NCBI GenBank assembly: GCA_964291315.2
Contig: OZ219753.1
Span: 2,688,001-2,752,000 of the forward strand
DNA length: 64,000 nt
Origin: Candidatus Poribacteria bacterium
Lineage (GTDB): Bacteria; Poribacteria; WGA-4E; WGA-3G
Reading direction: 5' to 3'
The first letter of the stretch is position 1; each line of letters begins with the position of its first letter. The position numbers and the translations under genes were made by a program. Shown here piece by piece: positions 24,877 to 35,626 of this stretch. The notes beneath the pieces were generated by a model. That model saw nothing but the letters and a program-made list of their open reading frames with translations. It made no database searches and was not told where the DNA came from.

Positions 24877-25251
24877 TTCAATTAATAAAAAAAGATTTTT
24901 TATACGTGGCTAATATTAATTTTCCTTTGGGCTTATTATATCAGTTTTGCCTTATTTTTTTCAAGGGAAAAATTGTTGAGTAAGGTTCAATTCCGAGGTA
25001 TGATAGCGTCACGGTCTGGGATGAAACTCTCATGTATCCTGACTGGTATTTCCTATGCTGCGACGCTCCTTCCGCTTTTCCACGTCTGTACTCCAGGGGA
25101 AAACCCGGAAAAACCGATGTATTCGTTCATTTGGTAGAAGAACAGCCAAAGTCGGAAAACTGTGTTGGCAATAACACCTGTTTCATATAAGGTGCTTTCA
25201 CAATCTCAAGAACCGAATGATATAGGCGCTCGTATTATAAAATTTTTTCAC

Positions 25252-25281
25252 TTGACAAAGGCCTCTACAACCAATTAAAAT
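25252..25281 (+). promoter_or_regulatory. putative sigma70 promoter
   Basis: TTGACA-18 bp-TAAAAT upstream of the tyrA-cmk-plsC cluster. Confidence 0.45.
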
Positions 25282-25359
25282 GTAGTGAGTGGCGCTTACG
25301 TCCTACTTCGACCAATAGTTTTCTATAGGTTGGATATAGAACAAACTGAGCGTCGACTG

Positions 25360-25695
25360 CGCGCGATAATATATTTGATCTTGCCGATTCTGCATCGCCG
25401 TTCCCTATGAAGATCGCGAAGATTTGATAACGCTCGTTGAATAATACACACAGAGCCTGGAAGTAGAAACAGGGGCGCAGTCAATTATCGAACTAAGCGA
25501 GAGACGCGGGGAAAGGTATCGGGAGACGCGCGCAAAACGGAAGGCAATCCTCAAATTACTACGTTTCCGATTTGGTTCAATGCCTGACTCAGTAGCAGAT
25601 AAGATTGCCCTAACCGGAAGCCTCTCGCGTCTGGATTGCTCTTCGAGAAGACTCTGACTGCCGAGATCCTTGACGAGACTGATTTTCAAGCTTAG
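25360..25695 (+). pseudogene. degraded C-terminal fragment of an Rpn/YhgA-like (DUF4351-type) putative transposase/nuclease
   Basis: Manual translation across frameshifts and a stop: AIIYLILPILHRR/YEDREDLITLVE*YTQSLEVETGAQSIIELSERRGE...AKRKAILKLLRFRFGSMPDSVADKIALTGSLSRLD/LFEKTLTAEILDE. Confidence 0.65.
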
Positions 25696-25730
25696 GAGGA
25701 GTAACAGCCTGTTTGAGGGTATCTCATTAT

Positions 25731-26618
25731 ATGTTTACAGATTTGCGGCAACTTCCACGAATTACAATATGGGGAGTCGGTTTAATCGGAGGGTCGCTTG
25801 GGCTTGCCCTCAAGAAAAATGGATTTCGGGGACAACGCATCGGATTAGGACGGAACATAGGTAGGCTTGAAAAGGCACTAGCACGCGATGCCGTTGATGT
25901 AGTGACAACAGAGATAGCGGGGGGTATCGGCGAGAGCGACCTTGTTGTACTCTGTGCGCCCGTCGAATCGATTCCGACTTTGGTGAAGCGTATTGCGCAA
26001 TCTGTTGGATCCCAGGGAAAACGTATTGTGCTGACGGATGCAGGTAGTACGAAAGCTGTCTTAGTGGAATCAGTTGAAGAATGTTTGCATGCACACGGTT
26101 CGGATACTCTCACATTTATAGGGGCACATCCGATGGCCGGTTCCCATGAAACCGGCGTTGGTGCAGCACGAGAAACGCTTTTTGAAAACGCGAAGTGCAT
26201 CTTGACGCCAACAGAAAACAGTGATTCTGATGCGTTCCGGTTAGTTAAAAACCTATGGGAATTCGTCGGATCAGTGCCGTATGTGCTTTCACCCGAAACG
26301 CATGACCGTCTCATCGGTGCAGCAAGTCATCTTCCACACCTCGTTGCAAGTATACTCGCGAATACCGTTGCGAATGTAGAAACGGAAAATGGCAAAGCCT
26401 TGGACTTCACTGCCACGGGCTTTCGGGATACTACCCGCATCGCCGCAGGCTCGCCGGACTTATGGACTGGCATTTTTACGCAAAACAGTGAGGTCCTCTT
26501 ATCACTAATTGATGATATCGTTGCTAATTTAATAGAATTTAAAACCTTACTTCAGGCAGAAAATCTTACAGAAATTGAACGCTTGCTTTTCGAAGCAGAG
26601 ATCATCGTTAAAAAGTAA
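25731..26618 (+). CDS. tyrA: prephenate/arogenate dehydrogenase
   Basis: GVGLIGGS, TDAGSTK, HPMAGS, SHLPH, GFRDTTRIA. Confidence 0.93.
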   Translation: MFTDLRQLPRITIWGVGLIGGSLGLALKKNGFRGQRIGLGRNIGRLEKALARDAVDVVTTEIAGGIGESDLVVLCAPVESIPTLVKRIAQSVGSQGKRIVLTDAGSTKAVLVESVEECLHAHGSDTLTFIGAHPMAGSHETGVGAARETLFENAKCILTPTENSDSDAFRLVKNLWEFVGSVPYVLSPETHDRLIGAASHLPHLVASILANTVANVETENGKALDFTATGFRDTTRIAAGSPDLWTGIFTQNSEVLLSLIDDIVANLIEFKTLLQAENLTEIERLLFEAEIIVKK

Positions 26619-26643
26619 AGTGTAGACAAATGTTAGGGAGCTC

Positions 26644-27321
26644 ATGAAAAAGATTGGATCTCAGGTCATAATTGCAATAGATGGCCCCGCGGGGTCTGGA
26701 AAAAGTACAGTGGCTCGACGCATCGCAGAAAGACTCGGATTGCTTTATCTGGATTCTGGGGCGATGTACCGAGCTGTAACTTTATTGGCAATAGAAGATA
26801 GACTTGCGGCGGATAGCCTGAAGTTGGTTGAGAAGGTAAAGGCGTGTTATATTGATTTCACAGATAACGGCAAAACGATTTTACTGAACTCTGAAGATGT
26901 ATCTGTCCAGATCCGAACGCCAAAAGTCAATAGATTGGTAGCAGACGTTGCAAAAATCCCAGAGATTCGCCATGAAATTGTGAAACACCAACAACGGCTC
27001 GGCGCAGAAGGGAACATCATTGCTGAAGGTAGAGATTTGACGACTATTGTTTTTCCTAAAGCTGATTTTAAGTTTTACCTTGATGCTTCTGTCGGCGTGC
27101 GTGCGAAACGGAGGCTCGCCGAGCTCCACGCGCAAAGTGTAGATACGACGTTGGCAGCGGTTAAAGCAGAAATTCGTGAGCGAGACGAAAAAGATACAAC
27201 ACGAAAACACAGCCCGCTCCGTGCTGCTGACGATGCGATTATCGTCGACACAACAAATAAAACTATTAACGAAGTGGTTGACTTTGTAGTTGCCCGGGTC
27301 TGTAGCGCCGAAGAAAAATGA
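26644..27321 (+). CDS. cmk: cytidylate kinase
   Basis: IAIDGPAGSGKSTVA, YLDSGAMYRA, EGRD. Confidence 0.96.
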   Translation: MKKIGSQVIIAIDGPAGSGKSTVARRIAERLGLLYLDSGAMYRAVTLLAIEDRLAADSLKLVEKVKACYIDFTDNGKTILLNSEDVSVQIRTPKVNRLVADVAKIPEIRHEIVKHQQRLGAEGNIIAEGRDLTTIVFPKADFKFYLDASVGVRAKRRLAELHAQSVDTTLAAVKAEIRERDEKDTTRKHSPLRAADDAIIVDTTNKTINEVVDFVVARVCSAEEK

Positions 27322-27357
27322 TAATGGAGGACAGGTTTTTCACTCCAGTCTATTTTT

Positions 27358-28002
27358 ATGTGGTATACCAATAATCAATTCTGGACACCTCGGTCAGTCT
27401 ATCGATGGGGGCATCGACTCACGAATCTTTTCTGTAAAACTATCGGGCATCTTGAGGTTCGCGGGGTCGAGCATATTCCGAGAGAGGGCGGGGTATTGCT
27501 TGTTTCAAATCATGTAAGTTTCCTTGATCCAGTGATTGTTGGTTCCGCCGCAAGTCGTGAAACCCATTTCATGGCGCGCAGTAGCGCGTTCGACATCCCG
27601 GGCTTGGGGAAACTCATTTCTATTTACAACGCCTATCCTGTGAATCGGGGGGCACCGGACTTAGGGGCGTTACGAAAAACGATCTCGCTCTTACAAGCCG
27701 GTAAGGTTGTGCTTATCTTTCCTGAAGGCACTCGTAGTGTTGATGGAAGGCTAGGGAAGGCGCACGACGGTGCCTGTTTTATTGCTCATCGAGCCGGCGT
27801 GCCCACTATTCCCGTTTTTCACAGTGGCGCAGAACGAGTGTTGCCGCGCAATAGTAGACGGCTACGCAGATCAAAGTTAATCGTTACCTTCGGAGAACCA
27901 CTCGAACTGACCACCGAGGGATTCGAGACGAGACGGAAGATGTACGAACAGATGGGCAATCAGATGATGGAGGCAATTGCAGCTTTGCGGGTAAAGGTTT
28001 AG
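27358..28002 (+). CDS. plsC: 1-acyl-sn-glycerol-3-phosphate acyltransferase
   Basis: SNHVSFLDP (HX4D), IFPEGTRS; follows cmk. Confidence 0.9.
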   Translation: MWYTNNQFWTPRSVYRWGHRLTNLFCKTIGHLEVRGVEHIPREGGVLLVSNHVSFLDPVIVGSAASRETHFMARSSAFDIPGLGKLISIYNAYPVNRGAPDLGALRKTISLLQAGKVVLIFPEGTRSVDGRLGKAHDGACFIAHRAGVPTIPVFHSGAERVLPRNSRRLRRSKLIVTFGEPLELTTEGFETRRKMYEQMGNQMMEAIAALRVKV

Positions 28003-29093
28003 CTCGCCGGGTTCGCGAGAATCAGTAAAACGTCTCCCTCTTGGACTTGATAGCTTTTGCCCTCGGATCTCAGTAGTCCCCTGTTTCGGGCTTCCGGGTA
28101 ACTGCCACATACAATTAAGTCTTCCCAATTAATCGTCTCCGAACGGATAAAGGCGTTCGCAAAATCGGTATGGATACGTCCTGCTGCATCGACAGCAGTT
28201 CCGCCTGCTTGCAGCATCCATGCTCTTGCCTCGGCTGGATTAACGGAGAAGAATGTGATTAATCCTAATAACTGATATGAGGTCCGGATAAACCGCTCTA
28301 AGGCAGATTCGCTTAACCCTAATGCTTCTATGAAAACCGCTGTATCCGCTTCGTCAAGTTGTGAGAGTTCCATTTCTAACTGTGCAGCGAGAACGATGAC
28401 TGATGTTTGCGGCTCAGCCTCGTACTTCGTGAAATGCTTGAGAATATCATCAGCCGTATCCAATTGCGTTTCATCGATATTGCAGACCAGCAACAGCGGT
28501 TTCTGTGTCAAGAATCCGTAACCGCGTATGAATTTCTCTTCAGTGGCAGATAGGTTAAGGACACGAAGCGGTCTTCCGCCCTCTAAGGTTTTCTGACACA
28601 CTTCTAAGAGCCGGATTTCACTTTGAAGTTCTGGTAGTTTTTGGTTCTGATATTGCTTGTAAAGTCGGGTAAGTTTACCTTCAACAATCTGTAAGTCGGC
28701 AAATATGAACTCAAGGGAGATGCTTTCGATATCTCGTTCTGGATCAACGCTTCCGTCGATATGTGGAACTTTATCATCTTCAAAGAGTCTAACAACATGT
28801 GCAAGGGCATCGACTGTGCGGAGTGCGGCAAGCGTTCCAGAATCTAATTCTGCTTGCTCGATGTCTGTCTTAGTTACACCAGCGACATCTACATAGTCAA
28901 TTGCAGCAGGTGTTACTTTTTTAGATCGAAAGGTTTCCGCCAACCGTTCCAACCGTTTATCTGGAATATTGGCGGTCCTGAGGTTCACATGCCCACGGCT
29001 TGTATAGCCGCCGGTTTCTGCATCGGAGTGGGCTAAAGTGTTAAAGACCGTCGTTTTTCCGACTTGCGGTCTACCTACAATACCTATTTTCAT
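27999..29093 (-). CDS. ychF: redox-regulated ATPase YchF (Obg family)
   Basis: [37 protein letters not shown]. Confidence 0.92.
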   Translation of the reverse strand: MKIGIVGRPQVGKTTVFNTLAHSDAETGGYTSRGHVNLRTANIPDKRLERLAETFRSKKVTPAAIDYVDVAGVTKTDIEQAELDSGTLAALRTVDALAHVVRLFEDDKVPHIDGSVDPERDIESISLEFIFADLQIVEGKLTRLYKQYQNQKLPELQSEIRLLEVCQKTLEGGRPLRVLNLSATEEKFIRGYGFLTQKPLLLVCNIDETQLDTADDILKHFTKYEAEPQTSVIVLAAQLEMELSQLDEADTAVFIEALGLSESALERFIRTSYQLLGLITFFSVNPAEARAWMLQAGGTAVDAAGRIHTDFANAFIRSETINWEDLIVCGSYPEARNRGLLRSEGKSYQVQEGDVLLILANPAS

Positions 29094-29134
29094 TTTTTTT
29101 TATTTTCCCAGCAAGATTCAGGTAGATATTAGCA

Positions 29135-29160
29135 CTCACGAGGTTCGGAAACCTCGCGAG
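29135..29160. repeat. REP-like palindrome
   Basis: CTCACGAGGTT-CGGA-AACCTCGCGAG; shares the AACCTCGC arm with the 10917-10940 hairpin. Confidence 0.45.
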
Positions 29161-29306
29161 TAGCGGCGACGTGTTTTGTTTTAGATTTTACCATATAGGA
29201 AGTTACTCCTACTGCCCGCACTTGGTAGAAAAATTTGTTGGCGACATCCGTATAAAGTGGTAATATAACAGCTAGATACAGAATCCAAATCGGAGGTAAA
29301 TCGAAT

Positions 29307-29696
29307 ATGGATGCTCGAGAAGGGAAATGGAAACGGTACCTTGTCAAAGGTTTGATTGTCCTATTGATCCTCACAGTATGCCTTGCGGTTTTGCAATGGT
29401 TTATTATCAAAGAATTATTTGGTTTTGGCACAGATATGGTAAAAGACGCGTTGATCCGACAGGCACCAGAAGGAGTGGATCGGTACGACATTGAGGCAAC
29501 GTTTGACCGAGTGAAAGCTGCCGGTATGCAGCTGCCGTTCAGTTTCCTCACTGGAAAGATCAATCTCCGTAAGATCAGAGCCGTCGGTGAGTACACCATA
29601 GAAGCCAATAAGGACGAAGCTTGGGATGCTGAGGAGATTAACACGCTTCTGCGGATGATGAATGCCTCTGTCGGATTCAAAGGAGGGATCGAGTAA
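29307..29696 (+). CDS. hypothetical membrane-anchored protein
   Basis: GGAGG RBS, N-terminal hydrophobic helix, co-oriented with the downstream gene. Confidence 0.75.
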   Translation: MDAREGKWKRYLVKGLIVLLILTVCLAVLQWFIIKELFGFGTDMVKDALIRQAPEGVDRYDIEATFDRVKAAGMQLPFSFLTGKINLRKIRAVGEYTIEANKDEAWDAEEINTLLRMMNASVGFKGGIE

Positions 29697-29730
29697 TTTG
29701 CAATATCGTTTTGTAAACAACAGATAAAAA

Positions 29731-30489
29731 ATGCAAACACACATAATACCTCCTTATGAAAAATTCGCTTATGCCTATGACCGGATGATGAAGAATGTAA
29801 ATTATACGCGCTGGACGCATTACATTGAGTCGATTTTTGATAGGTATGATTGTAAACCGCGTAACGTCCTCGATTTGGCATGCGGAACATGCGCTCTGAC
29901 GATACAGCTGGCCCTAAAGGACTATAAAATGACAGGGGTGGACAGAGCAGCCGGCATGCTGGAGATCGCTAAGGAAAAAGCTGCAACCCACAACCTGAAT
30001 ATTAAATTGCATCATGGCGATATGCGCGATTTCCAGTTGAACCAGCGGTTCGACGCGATCCTCTGCACCTATGATAGCATTAACTACGCCTATGATGAGA
30101 GCGAATTAAGCGATATCTTTGAACGTGTCGCTGAACATCTTGAACCGGGGGGCTTGTTCATCTTTGACGTGACGACGGAACGTAACATCGTTGAGCATTT
30201 TCACAACAAAACGTTTGCCGCAAATCATGAGGATTATACCTATATTTGGAAAAATAACTACCTCTATCACAGCAAAATGTGCAGGACATTCTTAACCTTT
30301 TTTATTCGTGAGGGCGAATTATTTCGACGCTATGAGGAGGTACATCAGCAACGTATCTATGAGGTTCCTGTTGTTAATGATCTCCTCAAAAAAGCTGGTT
30401 ACGAGCCACTAGGGGCTTACGATATGTATACTTTTAGTCGTTGGAATCGCCATTCAGATCGGATTAATTTTACTGCGTGTTTGATGTGA
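29731..30489 (+). CDS. class I SAM-dependent methyltransferase
   Basis: VLDLACGT, GDMRDF, LEPGGLFIFDV. Confidence 0.92.
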   Translation: MQTHIIPPYEKFAYAYDRMMKNVNYTRWTHYIESIFDRYDCKPRNVLDLACGTCALTIQLALKDYKMTGVDRAAGMLEIAKEKAATHNLNIKLHHGDMRDFQLNQRFDAILCTYDSINYAYDESELSDIFERVAEHLEPGGLFIFDVTTERNIVEHFHNKTFAANHEDYTYIWKNNYLYHSKMCRTFLTFFIREGELFRRYEEVHQQRIYEVPVVNDLLKKAGYEPLGAYDMYTFSRWNRHSDRINFTACLM

Positions 30490-30497
30490 AAGCACGT

Positions 30498-31550
30498 TTA
30501 CAACCCTTGGGCGATGAGATCTCCGACTTCTTCCGTAGTATGGCCCATGCGTCCGGCAGCGAGGTCTTTGATTTTACCGCTGGCGAGCAGATCCCCGATC
30601 GACTTATCCACCTTTGCAGCTGCGTCTGCATATCCGAGATGATCTAACATCATTCCTGCTGCGCCTATTGCTGCGATCGGATTAATCTGATTTTTACCGG
30701 TATAGCGTGGTGCGGAGCCGTGAATCGGTTCAAACATAGCGACGCTCTCAGGGTTGAGATTCCCCGATGCTGCGACTCCCATGCCGCCTTGAATCATTGC
30801 ACCGAGATCGGTGATAATGTCTCCAAACATATTGCATGTTACAATGACATCGAACCACTCAGGGTTTTTCACCATCCACATTGTCGTCGCGTCGACAAAA
30901 GCATATTCCTTTTTGATGCCCGGATAATCTTCTCCAACTTCGTCAAAGACACGTCGCCATAGGTCATGAGCGTAGGTGAGCACGTTTGCCTTATCGCAAA
31001 GCGTCAACGTATTTTCTTTATTCCGCTTTTCGGTGAGTTCATAAGCATAGCGGACACAACGCTCGACGCCTTTGTAGGTGTTAATCATCTCCTGAATAGC
31101 GACTTCATCACGCGTCCCGCGTTTTAGGAACCCGCCTATTCCGGCGTATAAACCTTCAGTATTTTCACGAACGATGATGAAATCAATATCTTCGGGCCCT
31201 TTATCTTTTAGAGGTGTAGGCACGCCGGAATAAAGTTTAACGGGACGTAGGTTGATATAAAGATCGAGTTCAAATCGGACCTTTAGCAGGATACCTTTCT
31301 CTAAAATACCGGGTTTGACCTCTGGGTGTCCGATAGCACCCAGGTAAATAGCATCGAGGCCGCGGAGTTCTTCTAAAACCGAATCAGGTAACACTTCCCC
31401 GGTATCAAGATATCGGTCGCCACCGACATCGTATTCTACCGTTTCATACTGTATTCCTGCTTGTGCAGCTGCTGCCCCGAAGACTTTCATTGCTTCGCGC
31501 GTCACTTCGGGGCCGATTCCATCGCCTGGAATAAGACCGATTTTATGCAT
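30498..31550 (-). CDS. leuB: 3-isopropylmalate dehydrogenase
   Basis: [40 protein letters not shown]. Confidence 0.88.
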   Translation of the reverse strand: MHKIGLIPGDGIGPEVTREAMKVFGAAAAQAGIQYETVEYDVGGDRYLDTGEVLPDSVLEELRGLDAIYLGAIGHPEVKPGILEKGILLKVRFELDLYINLRPVKLYSGVPTPLKDKGPEDIDFIIVRENTEGLYAGIGGFLKRGTRDEVAIQEMINTYKGVERCVRYAYELTEKRNKENTLTLCDKANVLTYAHDLWRRVFDEVGEDYPGIKKEYAFVDATTMWMVKNPEWFDVIVTCNMFGDIITDLGAMIQGGMGVAASGNLNPESVAMFEPIHGSAPRYTGKNQINPIAAIGAAGMMLDHLGYADAAAKVDKSIGDLLASGKIKDLAAGRMGHTTEEVGDLIAQGL

Positions 31551-31788
31551 AAGTTTTCTCCAAATGTTAGGGTCATAAATTTAGGTGTAGTTTGAAACGC
31601 CGGAATCCGGCCCCTTACTGGGAACGGGTAAACTTGCTCTAAAAAAGTAGACTTCTAACATTTTACTACATCTGACATAATATTGCAAATTAGGTGTCCT
31701 TGCTTGAAATTGGTGTTTCTCAAAAATTGAAAGCATGCTATAATGATTATCTACATCGCAATGTATTCTAAGGTATGGGAGCAACACA

Positions 31789-32841
31789 TTGATTAGCGAA
31801 ACCCGTCTAAAGACAATTCTCAATCGATTTCGCGAGCAGCGTATTCTTGTCATAGGAGATTTTTACCTAGATGCCTATTGGTACATAGACAAAACACGGT
31901 CTACGTTGTCTTTAGAAACTCCGTGGCATACCAATCCGGTGGTTGAGCAACGCTATAGTCCCGGGGCGGCTGGGACGGTCACAAATAATCTGAAGGCGTT
32001 GAATGTAGGGAGTGTCTACACACTGGGTGCCATAGGTAGAGACGGATTTGGGGGAACGCTGCTGGATCACTTAAAGGCGAATGGATGCCTTACCGATTTC
32101 ATGATAGAGGTGCCGAATTGGGTTACACCAACTTATCTCAAACCGATACATCGCGGTTATGAAGCGCTGGAAACAGAGGGACCCCGGTTCGATATTGAGA
32201 ACCAATCCGCAATGACAGCAGGCGTTGAAGGTACAGTGATAGATGCTCTACAAACCTGTCTTCCGCTTGTTGACGGTATAATTGTCGGAGATCAGGTGCC
32301 TCGCGAGAATTTAGGTGTTATTACTAATCGTGTGAGAGAAAAATTGTGTGAATTGGCATTGGCGTTCCCTGAAAAGGTTTTTTTCGCAGATTCCCGCACA
32401 CGGATTGGTAGGTACCGAAATGTAATTATTAAGCCAAACCGATTTGAAGCAAAGCAGGCTATTGATCCGGATTGGAGTGGACTGGAAGTTGACATAGAAG
32501 CGGCGAAACAGTGTGCTGTGGCACTTGCTGAACAGACACAAGACACGGTATACGTTACCCTCGGGGAAAACGGCATCCTTGTCTACTATGAAGGGAAATT
32601 TACGCATATGCCAGGCATTGCTGTCGAGAGTGAGGTTGATCCCGTTGGAGCAGGCGATAGTGTCACAGCAGGCCTTGTTGCAACGCTCTGTAGTCTGCCT
32701 GCTTCGCAAAAGAGTGGAGCTATTGAGGCAGCTTATGTTGGAAATTTGGTAGCGTCAATTACCGTTACCAAAATCGGGACGACCGGTACAGCGTCACCAG
32801 AAGAGATTCTGGAACGCCATAGGAGCCATGTGAGTCCATGA
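31789..32841 (+). CDS. PfkB-family kinase (HldE/RfaE kinase-domain-like)
   Basis: ILVIGDFYLD, PGAAGTV, KPNRFEA, VDPVGAGDS. Confidence 0.88.
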   Translation: MISETRLKTILNRFREQRILVIGDFYLDAYWYIDKTRSTLSLETPWHTNPVVEQRYSPGAAGTVTNNLKALNVGSVYTLGAIGRDGFGGTLLDHLKANGCLTDFMIEVPNWVTPTYLKPIHRGYEALETEGPRFDIENQSAMTAGVEGTVIDALQTCLPLVDGIIVGDQVPRENLGVITNRVREKLCELALAFPEKVFFADSRTRIGRYRNVIIKPNRFEAKQAIDPDWSGLEVDIEAAKQCAVALAEQTQDTVYVTLGENGILVYYEGKFTHMPGIAVESEVDPVGAGDSVTAGLVATLCSLPASQKSGAIEAAYVGNLVASITVTKIGTTGTASPEEILERHRSHVSP

Positions 32842-33608
32842 ATGTCTTTGAGGCAATAATCCAGCGCCGGAGTCATCGCGGAACATTTCAGGAACGCTTA
32901 ATAGAAAGAGACGATCTTGAGAAACTGATTGAAGCTGCGCGCTGGACACCTTCGCCGTTTAATGTTCAACCTTGGGAACTAGTGTTAATTCAAGAGACAG
33001 AAGGAAAGGTTGTGCTCGCTGAGCTGACGGAGCGAGCTGTGATTGATCAGTTCAAGGATGCCCAGTTTCTTGATGATAACAGCCGTTGGATGCGTCTTAC
33101 GGAAACAGAGCAGCAGGAACAGGGAGACGGGGTGCTGCTCACGGAACACGTTTCACTACCTAAGCCGCTTCAAAACGCTCCAGAGAAAGTCTTGCAGGAG
33201 CTTTTGAAAAATGCAAAGTCGTTTACGCTTTTAGGACATTTGGGTGTAGGAAAGATACCCGCTAAGGAAATTTCGATGCAAGTGCGCGAGGCACCCCTTC
33301 TTATACTAGTTGCGATGAATTGCAAGAGGCGCCCGCCCGGTGAAGGTGGGACCCGCTGGATGTGGTTAAGTATGGGAATGCTAATTCAAAACATCCTTCT
33401 CACTGCGACTGCACTAGGTGTCGGTGTGCAGTTTGTCAGTGCTCCTTTAGAACGTCCAGCAGATCGTGAACAGGTCCGCCAAGTTTTCAATATTCCTGTT
33501 TTTCATGAAGTAATTACACTTCTCAGGCTGGGGTATGTTGAGGAGGAAACTGGAAACTCTGTCCGGTTGCCGACATCAAAATTTGTACATTTTGAAAAAA
33601 TAAAGTAG
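32838..33608 (+). CDS. nitroreductase family protein
   Basis: RRSHR, AARWTPSPFNVQPW, QNILLTATALG. Confidence 0.88.
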   Translation: MNVFEAIIQRRSHRGTFQERLIERDDLEKLIEAARWTPSPFNVQPWELVLIQETEGKVVLAELTERAVIDQFKDAQFLDDNSRWMRLTETEQQEQGDGVLLTEHVSLPKPLQNAPEKVLQELLKNAKSFTLLGHLGVGKIPAKEISMQVREAPLLILVAMNCKRRPPGEGGTRWMWLSMGMLIQNILLTATALGVGVQFVSAPLERPADREQVRQVFNIPVFHEVITLLRLGYVEEETGNSVRLPTSKFVHFEKIK

Positions 33609-33667
33609 CCGTTGTATTCTGTTGATATAGGCGGGCAGAGGCCCCGCCTCGACGTGGAACTAATAGA

Positions 33668-33790
33668 CTAAGATGGGCGATTTTGAAATAGTTCTTTCAA
33701 TGCTGCTTTCCTCTTTTTCAGGCGGCGTTGTTGACGTTGACGGATTTGCGTCCGGCGCCGGACCTGCCCACTTTTACTGCGTGGCATCAT
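33668..33790 (-). CDS. small basic protein, 40 aa (not in the ORF track)
   Basis: MMPRSKSGQVRRRTQIRQRQQRRLKKRKAALKELFQNRPS*; AGGAGG RBS overlapping the end of the upstream gene. Confidence 0.65.
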   Translation of the reverse strand: MMPRSKSGQVRRRTQIRQRQQRRLKKRKAALKELFQNRPS

Positions 33791-33791
33791 T

Positions 33792-35024
33792 TTACCTCCT
33801 TTCTTCGATCGTTTTGGCGAGGTACATGAGCTCCGATGTGCACCGGGCTTCTACCTCTGCCATCGCAACGCTGAGTTCTGCTTCCGAGCGAGCGTGTAGC
33901 TGGAGTCGTTCTTCGGTGATTTTGACATAGCGCTCGTTCTCTATATCGACGAATTCAATCTGTTCTTTGTTTTCGTTTACCAAAGCGTAACTTAAGAGAC
34001 CATTCTGTGAGGATTCTTCATCTGCCGGTCCTTCGAAGCAATCTTTTATCGCTAGCCCGTTGAAATTTTTGTAGAGCGCCCGAGCCGGAAGTTTATCAGG
34101 CAACAGACACACCGGCTGCGATGCTGTGTCTGGAATAGATTTTTCGGAATTTGTAAGCGTTTCTGGATTTTGAATTGTTTCGGTTGTTTCCTTACGACTC
34201 AATTCTCCGGGAGGAGATAAGGCATGCTGCGCAGAGATTTCCGTTGCGGATTCAGTATCCTCATTTCTTTCGCGTTTATTATTTACGCTAGTTTCTGAAA
34301 GGATAGGAATCTGTTGTGATGGATCAGGTTCTGAATCTTCGTTTTCCAATACGTCCGAAAGAACCTCCTTGACCCCGTCACGCCAGTCGGTAATTATTTC
34401 CTGTTCCTCGACTAGCACGCGCAGCGTTTCGATCCCGATAGCCTGAATCATTGGGTGAAACGCGAGTATCTTAGGCGGTGCCACCTCAAAAAGGGAGCGG
34501 TTAACATAAGCTGCTTCGGCGAGATTTCGCTTGCCAGTTAGCTTGAGCCGGGTTTCACAGGCAGTGAGTGCTTGGCACAAGCGTCGCATAAATTCGGGTG
34601 TAACTAGGTGCGGGAGCACCTTTACCTGGAAGCTTTCACCTGTCTGTTCCGGTTCTGGCTTTGAAATGAATTGCCCGATGATTGCTGAGTCTTCGTCCAA
34701 CACCTTTGTTTCGGGAACTAGGTTTTCATCAATTGATGGATCTGTCGGAGCATCTGAACCGTCTATGTCCTGAGCGCCGAGTAATTCAATTACCTGCGTG
34801 TACATCTGTTCAGGATCGAAAAGGACTCCTTCAAACTCAGGCTCGAGCAGCAATTCTCGACTCAGTGAGATGCAAGCATGTAAATGCTCTTCCTCCGATT
34901 TTTCGTAAGGAAGTCTACGTTGCTTTTCAACAGCAGTCCGCTTTTGTCTAGATTTTTTGTTCCGATTTCGCTTTTCACGTTTCCGTGCCACATTCGCGGA
35001 ACGGGTTCTCTTTTTTTTAGCCAT
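33792..35024 (-). CDS. hypothetical protein (basic N-terminus, acidic body)
   Basis: 410-aa ORF with no recognisable motif. Confidence 0.75.
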   Translation of the reverse strand: MAKKKRTRSANVARKREKRNRNKKSRQKRTAVEKQRRLPYEKSEEEHLHACISLSRELLLEPEFEGVLFDPEQMYTQVIELLGAQDIDGSDAPTDPSIDENLVPETKVLDEDSAIIGQFISKPEPEQTGESFQVKVLPHLVTPEFMRRLCQALTACETRLKLTGKRNLAEAAYVNRSLFEVAPPKILAFHPMIQAIGIETLRVLVEEQEIITDWRDGVKEVLSDVLENEDSEPDPSQQIPILSETSVNNKRERNEDTESATEISAQHALSPPGELSRKETTETIQNPETLTNSEKSIPDTASQPVCLLPDKLPARALYKNFNGLAIKDCFEGPADEESSQNGLLSYALVNENKEQIEFVDIENERYVKITEERLQLHARSEAELSVAMAEVEARCTSELMYLAKTIEERR

Positions 35025-35329
35025 AGTAATGTATTTTCGCTATTACTAACGTAGTTATGTTCTAACGAATAGATGTTCCGTATTCCAAACAGCATGCAGT
35101 ATCAAATTTGACACACTGTTTTTTAAGTATATACCAACATATCTTCCTTGTCAAGTCTAAATTTATGGGTGTTTGCAGTTATTTACAGAAACCTGAAGTT
35201 TCCATCCTTGTGGTGTTAGGTTAACACTCGTTGTACTTGGTATCTTCTGTGTGTCTATTTTCACAATAAGCAGTTTAGTAGAACGCGTTTAGTCCGGGCG
35301 ATTGATTTTGTGTCAGGTTCAAATAAAAC

Positions 35330-35358
35330 TTGACATTATGCATTATTTGCTATAAAAT
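35330..35358 (+). promoter_or_regulatory. putative sigma70 promoter of the GrpE/Hsp70/J-like operon
   Basis: TTGACA-17 bp-TAAAAT. Confidence 0.55.
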
Positions 35359-35626
35359 AGTGTGATTTTAAAAAAAATTGGGGGAGGCCAAAAAGATCGG
35401 TAACGCCGTTGTCCGAAAGAAAATGAAAGGGTTGATCTGGCTTATACCCACGGTTTTTGCTTATTCAGAGATGAACCACATGTTTATCAAGGCAGCGTTA
35501 TTGTATGGACAATGGCCGAATCGCGGTTTATTCTATAAGAATTAACACGGATCCCTAAGAACTAGGTGGTTGTGATATAAACTTAATCTCTAAATCCTGT
35601 CTTTTTGGACAGAGGAGGTAATTGCT

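Noticed and set aside
29129-29155. TTAGCACTC CIRCE half-site (and TTAACACTC near 35221)
   Set aside because: No matching GAGTGCTAA arm at 9-bp spacing.
29129-29890. 253-aa minus-strand ORF
   Set aside because: Antisense to two plus-strand genes with better RBS or motif support.
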